From Candidatus Sericytochromatia bacterium (GTDB taxonomy: Bacteria > Cyanobacteriota > Sericytochromatia > S15B-MN24 > UBA4093): 64,000 nt of DNA. Positions within the stretch are counted from its first letter, which is position 1. Every line of letters begins with the position of its first letter. A model generated the notes under the pieces. That model did not search any database, was not told where the DNA came from, and worked only from the letters and a program-made list of their open reading frames with translations. Positions 38,994 to 48,146 of this stretch are shown here, piece by piece. Made by a program: the position numbers and the translations under genes. Location: positions 64,001-128,000 of the forward strand of contig JAKFBU010000041.1 in assembly GCA_036676985.1 (NCBI GenBank), written 5' to 3'.

Positions 38994-39778
38994 GGCGTCT
39001 TTCCCGACAGCGTGTTGCGGATCCAGGGGTTGAGCTCCGAGAGTCCGAACCCTGCTCCGTGCACGGGCAGCTCGCTCGGCATGTAGCCCTCGGCACGCAC
39101 GCCCACCTTGTCCCAGAGCTTGGTGGACTTGCCCGTCACGAGCTTGGAGCCCTCCTCGGCGCCCTTGCCCAGGCCGTCCATCCAGGGACCGCGAGACGTG
39201 ACACGCTGGCCGTGCATGACAAAGCCGATGCCGAACTTGCCCGTGGGGTCCTTGGCCACGTAGGCGCGGCCCATGACGCCGACCGGAATGACCTTGGTCA
39301 GCTGCTGGCGGGGCACGGCCGGCTCGTACCGCCAGGACGGACCCGAAACGTCCACCTTGCGCGACTTGCCCAGGACCTTGCGGGCATATTCGACGCGGGT
39401 GGCGGTGTTGCCCGCCTCGCGGATGATGCCGAGGCCCATGACCTTCTCGTCGGCGGCACCGTCCATGGCGGCGATGGCCGCCTCGCGCGCGGCGAAGCGC
39501 GCCGCGACGACGGCATTCTGGCTCTCGTAGATGGCAAAGCCGATGAACGCCAGGGCGAGCAGGAGGAAGACGAGCAGGGGAATGAGCAGCCCCGCCTCGA
39601 CCATGGCCTGGCCGCGCTGTCTCTTGGCATTTCCCCCCACACGAAAAGCACGCGTCAGCAGGGCGTTTCCGTCACCCCGGCGAAGGCCGGGGGCCAGGGC
39701 ATGCGCCCCGAGTGCCAACCCTGGATCCCGGCTGTCGACGGGATGACGGGCGACGCACGCAACAACGGCACGCCACAC
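38990..39778 (-). CDS. tadE: TadE-like minor pilin with a repeat-extended leader; start uncertain
   Basis: RG|QAMVE class III signal, AARFAAR; GTG 39778 follows the tadG stop with GGAG upstream. Confidence 0.8.
   Translation of the reverse strand: MWRAVVACVARHPVDSRDPGLALGAHALAPGLRRGDGNALLTRAFRVGGNAKRQRGQAMVEAGLLIPLLVFLLLALAFIGFAIYESQNAVVAARFAAREAAIAAMDGAADEKVMGLGIIREAGNTATRVEYARKVLGKSRKVDVSGPSWRYEPAVPRQQLTKVIPVGVMGRAYVAKDPTGKFGIGFVMHGQRVTSRGPWMDGLGKGAEEGSKLVTGKSTKLWDKVGVRAEGYMPSELPVHGAGFGLSELNPWIRNTLSGKTP
39669..39749. repeat. REP-like inverted pair (family 3) in frame within the tadE leader
   Basis: CCGTCACCCCGGCGAAGGCCGGGGGCCAGGG ... CCCTGGATCCCGGCTGTCGACGGGATGACGG; 81 bp. Confidence 0.85.
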
Positions 39779-39782
39779 GGCG

Positions 39783-40667
39783 CTAATGCTCCGAGACAAT
39801 GTTGCCTCCCGCCGCCGGACTGCCGAAGCTACCCTCGTGCTTCTGCCCCGTACGGATGAGCCTGGGGGAGTACCAGCGCAAGCTGCCGGGCCCCAGCTGC
39901 AGCTTCTTGCCCTTGGCCGCGGGGTCCTTCTCGATCTCGTGGCTCGCGGCGTAGCCCGCCGATGCCCACGCCGGCACGTCCACCGGCCCGCCGATGCCGC
40001 CGAAGCCGAAGAACGACCAGTTGAGGCCCTGGTACCGGGGCACGACCTCGATGAAGCTCTTGCCCGCGCCCTTCTTGGGACCGAGCCCCTGGTTGACGTA
40101 GTTCACGTCCGCCACGAAGGAGGACTTGTCGCTGTTCTCGCGGATGGCCCCCGGCGCCTTGATGGCGTTGAAGTTCGCCATCTCGAGGGCCTGCCCCCCG
40201 GCTGCGTGGTCGTTCATCCCCTGGATGTTGGCCACGTAGGCGAGGCGGGCGGCCTCCTCGACGATCTGGGGACCGGCCTGATCGACCCAGGCGTTGTAGG
40301 CCAGCAGGTCCTTGCGCAGGCTCTGGACCCGGCCGATGTACTGCTCCGCCCGGGCGAGGCGCCGGTTGAACTCCGCGTCGTTGTCGAGGTTGCCCATGGC
40401 ATGCATGAGCTCGATGCGGGCCCGCAGGGCCTGCCCGGTCATGGCCACGTAGGCCATCTCGCGCGTGTGGTGCACGCTCACCTTGACCGAGACGGCGGCC
40501 AGGGCCGCGGCATCCGCCGCGTTCTGGGCCCGGATCTTGGCCGTGACCAGCCGCCCCAGGTCGAATAGGGCCAAGAGCACGGTGACGAGCACCGCCATCA
40601 CGAGCGCCACGTAGATGAGCGCTTGACCGGACTCGTCTCTCAGCAGATCGGGACGGCGGGACCTCAT
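39783..40667 (-). CDS. tadG: TadG-like minor pilin
   Basis: DESG|QAL, LFDLGR, AQNAADAAALAA. Confidence 0.85.
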   Translation of the reverse strand: MRSRRPDLLRDESGQALIYVALVMAVLVTVLLALFDLGRLVTAKIRAQNAADAAALAAVSVKVSVHHTREMAYVAMTGQALRARIELMHAMGNLDNDAEFNRRLARAEQYIGRVQSLRKDLLAYNAWVDQAGPQIVEEAARLAYVANIQGMNDHAAGGQALEMANFNAIKAPGAIRENSDKSSFVADVNYVNQGLGPKKGAGKSFIEVVPRYQGLNWSFFGFGGIGGPVDVPAWASAGYAASHEIEKDPAAKGKKLQLGPGSLRWYSPRLIRTGQKHEGSFGSPAAGGNIVSEH

Positions 40668-41623
40668 TTCAGATCCCCCGTGGTGGTGAAGAGCGACATC
40701 TCCATGGCCCGGATGGGCGTCAGGATGACTCCCTCGGCGGTGGTCGCCGCCGTGCGGGCCACGCCCTGCAAGACGGAGATGGCGATCTTGACGGTCGGAT
40801 CCGAGGGCGTCTTCGAGAGGCCCTGCAGGGTGCGCATGGCGCCGGGCGCGAGCTTCATGCTGTTGTAGAGGCGCTCGGAAGGACGCAGGTAGGCCGCCTC
40901 GCCCGGGGCGGTCTCGAGGTCCGACGAGGCGTAGACGGCAGCCTCCGTGCGGCCCACCCGGTAGCGCTCGTCGCGGCCGGGGTTGTCCTGCACGGCCTGG
41001 AGGGGCGAGAAGGTGAACAGGGTGGCCAGACCCTTGACGCTGTCGGGCAGGGGCAGGGACTGAACCTGACTTGCGGCCCGCTGGAGGCCCCCCAGGTAGA
41101 CGTTGAGGCCCGGGATGTCGATGGGGTAGTTGACGATGCCGTTGGCCGGGTACTGCGCGGCCGACTTGGCGCCCCGACCCTGCACGTATTCGCGGTTGAC
41201 GACGATGGAGGCGCCGATCTGTCCCTTGCCCTGGCTGCCGCCGCCCCCGAAGGCCGCGAGCATGTCGCCGAGGGAGGTCTCCTTCTTGGTGACCTGGACC
41301 CGGATGGCACGGTCGGCGGCCTCGGTCTTGACGTCCAGCTTGCCCTCGGAGCCCGAGACCACCTTGCCGATCCAGGGCTGCTTGGAGTCCTCGGAGTAGG
41401 CGCGCATGACCTCCTGGGCCGCGAGACTCGGGTTGTTGCCCTCCTTGCCGCCCACGGTCGCGGCGCGCGCCGCGAGGAAACCCGCCCCGGAGAGGATGAT
41501 CTGGCGCTGCAGGAAGACGCCGAGCTCGATGGTCCCGATGGTCAACAGCAGGAGCATGGGCAGGATGATGGCGAACTCCGCCATGGTCTGGCCCTCTTCG
41601 CGCCGCCGTAACTGCCGGAGCAT
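40664..41623 (-). CDS. tadE: TadE-like minor pilin
   Basis: REEG|QTMAEFAIILP, LAARAA. Confidence 0.85.
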   Translation of the reverse strand: MLRQLRRREEGQTMAEFAIILPMLLLLTIGTIELGVFLQRQIILSGAGFLAARAATVGGKEGNNPSLAAQEVMRAYSEDSKQPWIGKVVSGSEGKLDVKTEAADRAIRVQVTKKETSLGDMLAAFGGGGSQGKGQIGASIVVNREYVQGRGAKSAAQYPANGIVNYPIDIPGLNVYLGGLQRAASQVQSLPLPDSVKGLATLFTFSPLQAVQDNPGRDERYRVGRTEAAVYASSDLETAPGEAAYLRPSERLYNSMKLAPGAMRTLQGLSKTPSDPTVKIAISVLQGVARTAATTAEGVILTPIRAMEMSLFTTTGDLK

Positions 41624-41625
41624 CG

Positions 41626-42165
41626 CTAACCTCCTGAGAAGCTCAAGAGGTGCGGGTAGAGCATCGCGCAGAGGGTGCCGGCGGCGATCGCCACGCCATA
41701 CGGAAAAGGCGGCAGCGCGCTCTTGGAGAGCATCGCCTCGGGCTTGGCCCCGGGGGTGAACATGGCCAGGAGGAAGTAGTAGAGGTTGCGCAGCACGGAC
41801 CACAGGGCGCCGTAGCGCAGGGCGAACAGGAGCGCGATGATGCCGCCGGCGAGGGCCACGTCGATCATGGCCACGATGATGAGTGGATAGCCGAGCCAGG
41901 TGCCGATGGCCACCATGAGCTTGAGGTCGCCCGCCCCCATTTTGGCGAAGAGGTACAGGAGCAGGAAGACGACCGCCGCGAGGCCGCCGCCCGCGAGGCT
42001 GCTCAGCAGGCCCGGCACGCCGCCGAAGACGACGCTGAGCAGCAGGCCCAGCCCCATCGCGGGGAAGGTGAGCCAGTTATAGATCCGGTGCCACCGCATG
42101 TCGGTATAGACGGCGATCATGAGCACCGGAAGCAGGGCCCATTGCCAGACGGGGATCGAACTCAT
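41626..42165 (-). CDS. cpaA: Prepilin peptidase CpaA/TadV (A24)
   Basis: AVYTDMRWHRIYNWL, MGAGDLKL, FPYGVAIAAG. Confidence 0.92.
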   Translation of the reverse strand: MSSIPVWQWALLPVLMIAVYTDMRWHRIYNWLTFPAMGLGLLLSVVFGGVPGLLSSLAGGGLAAVVFLLLYLFAKMGAGDLKLMVAIGTWLGYPLIIVAMIDVALAGGIIALLFALRYGALWSVLRNLYYFLLAMFTPGAKPEAMLSKSALPPFPYGVAIAAGTLCAMLYPHLLSFSGG

Positions 42166-42185
42166 GTGCAGGTACCAACCCTAGA

Positions 42186-42259
42186 AATGAAGACAAGAAG
42201 GCCCTCGCCTGCGATACCATACCCCGCTGGGGAGGCGGTATCACGCTAGGCGAGGGCCT
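42186..42259 (-). terminator. Long stem-loop/attenuator after the major pilin gene
   Basis: AGGCCCTCGCCT...AGGCGAGGGCCT with inner pairing, then a U-rich run on the minus strand. Confidence 0.65.
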
Positions 42260-42272
42260 GAGAGCGTTGTGG

Positions 42273-42452
42273 TTAGATGCCCTTGCTCAGCGCATCGACC
42301 TTGTCGGCGAGCTTCTTGACCATGCCGTTGACCTTCTCACCGAGGATCTTGTAGGTACCGGCGCAAACGAGAGCCACGACGGCGATGATCAGGCCGTACT
42401 CGACCATCGACTGACCTTCCTCTTCGCGGACAATCTTCTTCAAAAGTTCCAT
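42273..42452 (-). CDS. flp: Flp family major pilin
   Basis: MELLKKIVREEEG|QSMVEYGLII; RBS GGAGG. Confidence 0.93.
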   Translation of the reverse strand: MELLKKIVREEEGQSMVEYGLIIAVVALVCAGTYKILGEKVNGMVKKLADKVDALSKGI

Positions 42453-42494
42453 CGTGGTAATCCTCCATCTGAACCGTTTGGGAAACTCCTCACA

Positions 42495-42559
42495 CAAGGG
42501 TTATAGGGAGGTCCCCAGCGGATCCGGTAAGATTTACTTGAAGCTTACTTTAAAACGGG
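42495..42559 (-). promoter_or_regulatory. Putative flp promoter with direct repeats
   Basis: AAGTAA-gcttc-AAGTAA (11-bp period) upstream of TATAAC. Confidence 0.4.
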
Positions 42560-42579
42560 GCTAAATCGATCGCGAAGGC

Positions 42580-42942
42580 TCAGCGGGCGCGCATGAGGGC
42601 CTTGGAGTGGTGGCCGAAGGACAGGCCGAAGGCGCCGCCCAGCAGCTTGATGGACACAATCAGGCCCAGGGCGAGGGATCCGGCGATGAGGGCGTACTCG
42701 AGGGTGCTCTGGCCATCCTCGTTCACCAAGATCTCGCGCAGGAGGGCCGACGTTTCACCCCCCCTCCCCCCCCTGCTTCGCAAGGGGGGCACAGGGCGCC
42801 CTGCTTCGCAGGGATTGAAAGCGGGATCAGCAACGCTCGTGTCGCCCACAATAAACAACCCCCTGCGAAGCAGGGGGAAGTCCTCGTGCCCCCCTTGCGA
42901 AGCAGGGGGGGAAGGGGGGGTAGAACGAGTCACCACCCCCAT
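42580..42942 (-). CDS. flp: Second Flp family pilin with a repeat-extended leader
   Basis: NEDG|QSTLEYALI; ATG 2 nt after the upstream stop. Confidence 0.75.
   Translation of the reverse strand: MGVVTRSTPPSPPASQGGHEDFPLLRRGLFIVGDTSVADPAFNPCEAGRPVPPLRSRGGRGGETSALLREILVNEDGQSTLEYALIAGSLALGLIVSIKLLGGAFGLSFGHHSKALMRAR
42757..42921. repeat. Element family 1, copy B, in frame inside the flp leader
   Basis: Same arms as copies A, C, D; 165 bp on codon boundaries. Confidence 0.9.
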
Positions 42943-42944
42943 GG

Positions 42945-43442
42945 TTATTGCCCCGTCGACACGATCGGCACGTACAGCGTCAGGCTCGTGGGATAGTTGG
43001 CGTCGTCCAGGCCCATGAGCGTCACGGTCGCCGTGACGCTCCGCTTGGCCTTCAGGGCGTCCACCACCGACTGATCGACGATGGGCAGCACCGCCTTGCC
43101 CGTGCCCGCCACGAACTCCAGATCCTGGGTATTCGTCAATGACTCGCGCGGGTACTTCTTGAGGTACGTGGGCTCGACCCGCAGGCTCATGGCCATGCTC
43201 TTGTTGCCGATCCCCGAGTCCCCGTCGTACTTGATGTCCGCGCGGCCAAAGGTCGCGCCGAGCGACCCGTTCTGGCCCTGCACCGTCACCGTGGGATTTG
43301 TAAACGTTGCCTTGGAGCCCTCGATGGTCACCTGCACCGTCGCCGGCTCGATGTTCGTCACGCTGAGCTGCGCCGGCACGTTGGTGTACCAGCCGCAGCC
43401 ACTGAGGGCCGCCAACACCGCCAGGATCCCGATCCGTTTCAC
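42945..43442 (-). CDS. Beta-rich lipoprotein linked to pilus genes
   Basis: Lipobox LSGC; RBS AGGAGG. Confidence 0.75.
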   Translation of the reverse strand: MKRIGILAVLAALSGCGWYTNVPAQLSVTNIEPATVQVTIEGSKATFTNPTVTVQGQNGSLGATFGRADIKYDGDSGIGNKSMAMSLRVEPTYLKKYPRESLTNTQDLEFVAGTGKAVLPIVDQSVVDALKAKRSVTATVTLMGLDDANYPTSLTLYVPIVSTGQ

Positions 43443-43472
43443 GATCCGCCTCCTAGGTTAGGTCGCCGAATG

Positions 43473-44558
43473 CTAGCTCGAGTACGAGCCGCTGCCGTGG
43501 AAGGCTCCGCGCATCATCCGCTGGAGCTCGTTGGGGTTCTCCGAGTACGACAACGCGTCGTCCAGGGAGATCTGGTCCTCCTGGTACAGGTTGAAGAGCG
43601 CCATGTTCATGCTCTGCATGCCGTCCATCTGGCCCTGCTCGATGACGTGCCGCAGGCCGTCCAGGTCGTTCTTGAAGACCAGGTCCTGCACCGTCGGAGT
43701 CGAGACCAGCACCTCGACCGCCGCGCGGCGGCCCCGGCCGTCGCCCTTGGGGATCAAGCGCTGCGAGATGGCCCCACGCAGGATGGCGCCCAGCTGGTGC
43801 CGGATGTTGTCCTGCTCGTGCGGCGGGAAGGTCGAGATGACGCGCGAGACCGTGCCCACGCTGTCCGTGGTGTGCATGGTGCTCATGACCAAGTGGCCCG
43901 TCTCCGCCGCCTTGACCGCCGCGAGGATGGTCTCCTGGTCACGCATCTCACCCACCAGGATGACGTCCGGATCCTGACGCAGCGCGTACTTGATGGCGTT
44001 GGGGTAGGTCAGGGTGTCCGCGCCCAGCTCGCGCTGGGTGATGACCGACTTCTTGCTGGTGTAGACGAACTCGATGGGGTCCTCGATGGTGAGGATATGG
44101 ACGTCCTTGGTCGTGTTGATGAACTCGACCATGGCCGCGAGCGTCGTCGACTTGCCCGAGCCCGTGGGGCCCGTGACGAGCACGAGGCCCTGGCGCTCGA
44201 GGGCGAGCTTCTTGATGACCGGCGGCAGGTCCATCTGGTCCACCGCGGGCGGCTTGAGGGGGATGACGCGGAAGGCCGCGCCGATGTTGCCCTGCTCGAA
44301 GTAGACGTTCACGCGGAAGCGCGCGAGCCCGTCGATGGTCAAGCTGATGTCGATCTCGCGGTTCTGCTCGAACAGCTGGCGCTGCTCGGTGTTCATCAAG
44401 CTGTAGAGCGCCTGGCGCGTGTCGGCGGGGGTCAGCGTCTTGTACTCGGTCGGGACGATGCGACCGTCGATGCGCAGCACCGGCGAGGTGCCCACCTTGA
44501 CGTGGATGTCCGACGCGCGCTTCTGAACCGCGGTGCGAAGAAAGTCGATGATATTCAT
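43473..44558 (-). CDS. pilT: PilT/PilU family type IV pilus retraction ATPase
   Basis: ASDIH, RFRVN, GPTGSGKSTT, EDPIE, LRQDPDVILVGEMRD, ETGHLVMSTMHT. Confidence 0.92.
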   Translation of the reverse strand: MNIIDFLRTAVQKRASDIHVKVGTSPVLRIDGRIVPTEYKTLTPADTRQALYSLMNTEQRQLFEQNREIDISLTIDGLARFRVNVYFEQGNIGAAFRVIPLKPPAVDQMDLPPVIKKLALERQGLVLVTGPTGSGKSTTLAAMVEFINTTKDVHILTIEDPIEFVYTSKKSVITQRELGADTLTYPNAIKYALRQDPDVILVGEMRDQETILAAVKAAETGHLVMSTMHTTDSVGTVSRVISTFPPHEQDNIRHQLGAILRGAISQRLIPKGDGRGRRAAVEVLVSTPTVQDLVFKNDLDGLRHVIEQGQMDGMQSMNMALFNLYQEDQISLDDALSYSENPNELQRMMRGAFHGSGSYSS

Positions 44559-44578
44559 GCGCGGATGATCGTCCTGTC

Positions 44579-45163
44579 TTAAGCGTTGGTCGCGGGGGCG
44601 GCCTGCGCCAGCTGCGCGAGCGGGAAGCCGACAGCGCGGTTGAGGATGCGCTGGATGTCGAACAGGTTGCGGATCGCGTCGGGGGCGGTGGTCTCCGAGA
44701 GCCACGTCTCGACGATCTGGCCCTTGTCGTCCAGGAAGGTAACGGTCATCGCGAGGTTGCTCGGCAGGAACTTGCCGGGCTGCACATTCTTGATCTCGTC
44801 CATGGCGGGCGGATCGTACTTGAGGTTGACCTCGCCGACCGTGTGGATCTTCTTCTTGCGGAAGGTGTGCGACTTGGGGAACAGGTTGATGAAGATGAAG
44901 TACGCCGAGGTCACGAGGATGACCTCGCAGGCGTAGAAGCTGCCGCCCTGCTCGCCGGGCTTGGAGGTCGTCGCCTCGAACTGGTAGTAGCAGCCCAGCA
45001 CGCGATCGGCCGGGTGGATCGTGTCGTACAGGATCTGGAGCAGGATCTGGCCCACGCCGGGGACTCCGCTCGCCTTCTTCATCAACTCCTGCATGCGCGG
45101 GTGATTGAAGGCATTGGCCTGGGGAGGCTGCTGGGGCTGCGACGACACGGTTTCTGCGCTCAC
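44579..45163 (-). CDS. Hypothetical cytoplasmic protein upstream of pilT
   Basis: RBS GGAGGG before GTG; typical codon bias; 20-bp gap to pilT. Confidence 0.7.
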   Translation of the reverse strand: MSAETVSSQPQQPPQANAFNHPRMQELMKKASGVPGVGQILLQILYDTIHPADRVLGCYYQFEATTSKPGEQGGSFYACEVILVTSAYFIFINLFPKSHTFRKKKIHTVGEVNLKYDPPAMDEIKNVQPGKFLPSNLAMTVTFLDDKGQIVETWLSETTAPDAIRNLFDIQRILNRAVGFPLAQLAQAAPATNA

Positions 45164-45305
45164 GTTACCCTCCGCGCGGCAGGATGCGGCTCCCGCCTCA
45201 ACTCGAGTTTGCTTGGACGGTGCTATTGTACCCCGGCGCTTGAGCCCCTAACGATCGTCAGGTGCTGGCGCGGCGGGGGGCTCTGGCGCATGGTCCGACG
45301 GCTCT

Positions 45306-45454
45306 ACCCCCCCATCCCCCCCTGCTTCGCAAGGGGGGCATAGCGAGTCCTGCTGCGCAGGATTGAAAGGCAAGAGCGCGCTATCAATCCGGCCCGGCTC
45401 TGCCGGGTCCAGTCCCTAAGCCCCCCTTGCGAAGCAGGGGGGGAAGGGGGGGGT
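45306..45454. repeat. Element family 1, copy C (inverse orientation to D)
   Basis: Same arms; internal GAGTCCTGCTGCGCAGG and CCCGGCTCTGCCGGGTCCAGTCCCT shared with D. Confidence 0.9.
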
Positions 45455-45467
45455 CGAAAAGCAGCAA

Positions 45468-46565
45468 CTACTTCGTGAGCACGACCTCGTCGAACATCTT
45501 GCCCTCCTTGTCGATGGCCTTGAGCGTCAGGCGGTTGCCGTCCATCTCGGCGGCCATGAAGTGGTAGGCGTCCTTGTAGATCGAGGGCTTGTTCTTGTCC
45601 TGGAACTTCTGACGGCCCGGGCGCAGCCAGGCTCCGCCGCCGCCCGTGATGAGGTAGCGCGTGCCCGCGATGGGGTTCAAGAAGCGCTCGTAGTTGTGCT
45701 CGTGCCCGTTGACGTAGAGATCCACCCCGTACTTCTGGAACAGGGGCTGTACCCGGCTGCGCAGGAAGGCCTTGCCCCCGTCCGCGCCGTTGGAGTAGAA
45801 GGGATGGTGGCCGTAGACGACCTTCCAGGTGGCATTCGAGGAGGCGAGGGCCCGCTCGAGCCAGGCGACCTGGGGGGTGCCGGCCTTCATGAAGTCCCGG
45901 TCGGTGGTGTCGATGGCGAAGAACTCGGCCTGACCCCAGCGGAAGGAATAGTAGCGCTCGGTGCCGCTGGCCTTGGCGGGCAGGTCGAAGGCCCGCAGGT
46001 ACGCGGCCCCCTTCTCGGCCTTCACGTCATGGTTGCCGAAGACCGGGTAGACGGGCGCGTTGGCGCTGATGGGCGCGAACGGCTTGAAGAACCGCCCCGG
46101 ATAGAGCCGCTCCTCGCCGTCGTCGTAGACCACGTCCCCCGTGTGCAGGACGAACTCGGGCTGGTAGGCCGCGAGCCGCTCGGCAATCGCCTTCTGATTG
46201 GCGTTGCCGCTGCCGGTGTCCCCGACGATGGCGAAGCGCGCCTTGCCGGAGCCCGCGGGCGGCGTGCGGAACGTGCCCTCGGCCACGACGCGATCGCCCG
46301 ACAGCAGCTGGTAGGGAACGGCCGTCCCGGCCGGCAGGCCCGTGAGCTGGACGTTGTGGTGCGTCGTCGCCGCGAGCTCCTTGACCGTCCGGCTGTTGGC
46401 GTAGCGCACCTGGCCGATGCCGGCCTCGTCCGTGCGCCACATGAGGATCGCCGACGAGGTCGTCACGTTCTGGACGTACGGCTTCACGGTCAGCGTCTCG
46501 GCCAGGGCGGGAGACGCAAGGGCGATCGCGAGCACGGCCGCGACGGAGTACGAAAGACGGGTCAT
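45468..46565 (-). CDS. Secreted purple acid phosphatase-like metallophosphoesterase
   Basis: GDTG, GDVVY, GNHD, HHPFY, GHEHNYER; FN3-like N-domain. Confidence 0.9.
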   Translation of the reverse strand: MTRLSYSVAAVLAIALASPALAETLTVKPYVQNVTTSSAILMWRTDEAGIGQVRYANSRTVKELAATTHHNVQLTGLPAGTAVPYQLLSGDRVVAEGTFRTPPAGSGKARFAIVGDTGSGNANQKAIAERLAAYQPEFVLHTGDVVYDDGEERLYPGRFFKPFAPISANAPVYPVFGNHDVKAEKGAAYLRAFDLPAKASGTERYYSFRWGQAEFFAIDTTDRDFMKAGTPQVAWLERALASSNATWKVVYGHHPFYSNGADGGKAFLRSRVQPLFQKYGVDLYVNGHEHNYERFLNPIAGTRYLITGGGGAWLRPGRQKFQDKNKPSIYKDAYHFMAAEMDGNRLTLKAIDKEGKMFDEVVLTK

Positions 46566-46672
46566 CACTACCTCCTGGGGACGGGACCTACCAACCCGCA
46601 CAGCTTACCGCCAACCTCGGCGCCTGTCACCCCTCATGACGAAGGCCCCGCCTCAAAGAGACGGGGCCCCCA

Positions 46673-46730
46673 GGGAGCGCCGGCGTCCTCGCCGGCATGG
46701 GCTCATGCCGGCGAGGACGCCGGCGCTCCC
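46673..46730. repeat. REP-like perfect hairpin (family 4) downstream of serS
   Basis: GGGAGCGCCGGCGTCCTCGCCGGCATG and exact complement; a second terminator-like hairpin at 46643-46668. Confidence 0.75.
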
Positions 46731-46740
46731 AGATAGTCCG

Positions 46741-48039
46741 CTAAGACCGGAGCGCGCCCTCGCGCTGCGGCTCGGCCTTGAGGACCGCGACACCGCGCAT
46801 GTAGGGCCGCAGGGCCTCGGGCACCACCACCGAGCCGTCGGCCTGCTGGTAGTTCTCGAGGATGGCCGCCACCGTCCGGCCCACGGCCACGCCCGAACCG
46901 TTGAGCGTGTGCGGGTTCATGAGCTGCTTGTCCCGGCGGAAGCGGAGGCCGCCGCGCCGCGCCTGGAAGTCGGTGCAGTTCGAGCAGCTCGAGATCTCGC
47001 GGTACTTGCCCTGGGCGGGCATCCAGACCTCGAGGTCGTAGGTCTTGGCCGAGTTGAAGCCGACGTCCGCCGAGCAGAGCAGGATCTTGCGGTAGGGCAG
47101 GCCCAGGCGCTGCAGCACGGCCTCGGCGTTGGCCGTCATCTTCTCCAGCTCGTCGAAGGAGGTCTCGGGCGACACCACCTTCACCAGCTCGACCTTGTCG
47201 AACTGGTGGACGCGGATCAGGCCCTTGGTGTCGCGGCCGGCGGCCCCCGCCTCCGAGCGGAAGCAAGGCGTGCCCGCCGTGAGGTGCATGGGCAGCATGT
47301 CCTCGTCGATGATCTCGTCCCGGTACAGGTTGGTGAGGGGGACTTCCGCCGTCGGGATCAGGTAGTACTTGGTGCCCTCGAGCTTGAAGAGCTGATCCGC
47401 GAACTTGGGCAGGTTGCCGTTGGCGAGCAGCGTCTCCTCGTTGGCGACGTAGGGGGGCTGCACCTCGGTGTAGCCGTGCTCGCCCGTGTGCAGGTCCAGC
47501 ATGAAGTTGATGAGCGCCCGCTCGAGCTGGGCGCCAGGGCCGCGCATGAGCGTGAAGCGGGTGCCCGCGAGCTTGACCGCGCGCTCGAAGTCGATGATGC
47601 CGAGGGCCTCGCCCAGCTCCCAGTGAGCCTTGGGCTCGAAGCCGAACGCGGGCACGTCGCCCCAGCGCACGACCTCGACGTTGTCGTCCTCGCTCTCGCC
47701 GTCCGGCACCGACTCGTCCAGCAGGTTGGGAATCTGGTACATGAGCTCGGTGCGCCGGGCCTCGATGTCAGACATCTGGGCCTCGAGGGCCTTGATCCGC
47801 TCGCCGTTGGCCTTGACCGACGCGATGACCTCGGAGGCGTCCTGGCCCGACTTCTTGAGGGCGGCCACCTGCTCGCTCGCCTGGTTGCGCTTGGCGCGCA
47901 GGTCGTCGAGCTCGGTCTGGGTCTCGCGGAACTGCTGGTCGAGCTGCTGCAACGCGCTCAGGTCGAAGGCCATGCGCCGCCGCTGGAGGCTCTTCTCGAC
48001 GCGCTCGGGCTCTTGCCGGATCAGCTTGATGTCTAACAC
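46741..48039 (-). CDS. serS: Serine-tRNA ligase
   Basis: [44 protein letters not shown]. Confidence 0.97.
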   Translation of the reverse strand: MLDIKLIRQEPERVEKSLQRRRMAFDLSALQQLDQQFRETQTELDDLRAKRNQASEQVAALKKSGQDASEVIASVKANGERIKALEAQMSDIEARRTELMYQIPNLLDESVPDGESEDDNVEVVRWGDVPAFGFEPKAHWELGEALGIIDFERAVKLAGTRFTLMRGPGAQLERALINFMLDLHTGEHGYTEVQPPYVANEETLLANGNLPKFADQLFKLEGTKYYLIPTAEVPLTNLYRDEIIDEDMLPMHLTAGTPCFRSEAGAAGRDTKGLIRVHQFDKVELVKVVSPETSFDELEKMTANAEAVLQRLGLPYRKILLCSADVGFNSAKTYDLEVWMPAQGKYREISSCSNCTDFQARRGGLRFRRDKQLMNPHTLNGSGVAVGRTVAAILENYQQADGSVVVPEALRPYMRGVAVLKAEPQREGALRS

Positions 48040-48146
48040 GGGATCGCTCCTTGTCAATTGGCGTGAATGTCCTAGTATATCGTGGCGAGGGAAGGCACGC
48101 CAACTTGCTTCACACCACCCCCCTGCATGCATCCCGGGAGGCTTCG

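Noticed and set aside
39620-39640. Frameshifted tadE start at ATG after a G6 run
   Set aside because: ATG lies downstream of the G run and out of frame; the pilin frame is open without any shift
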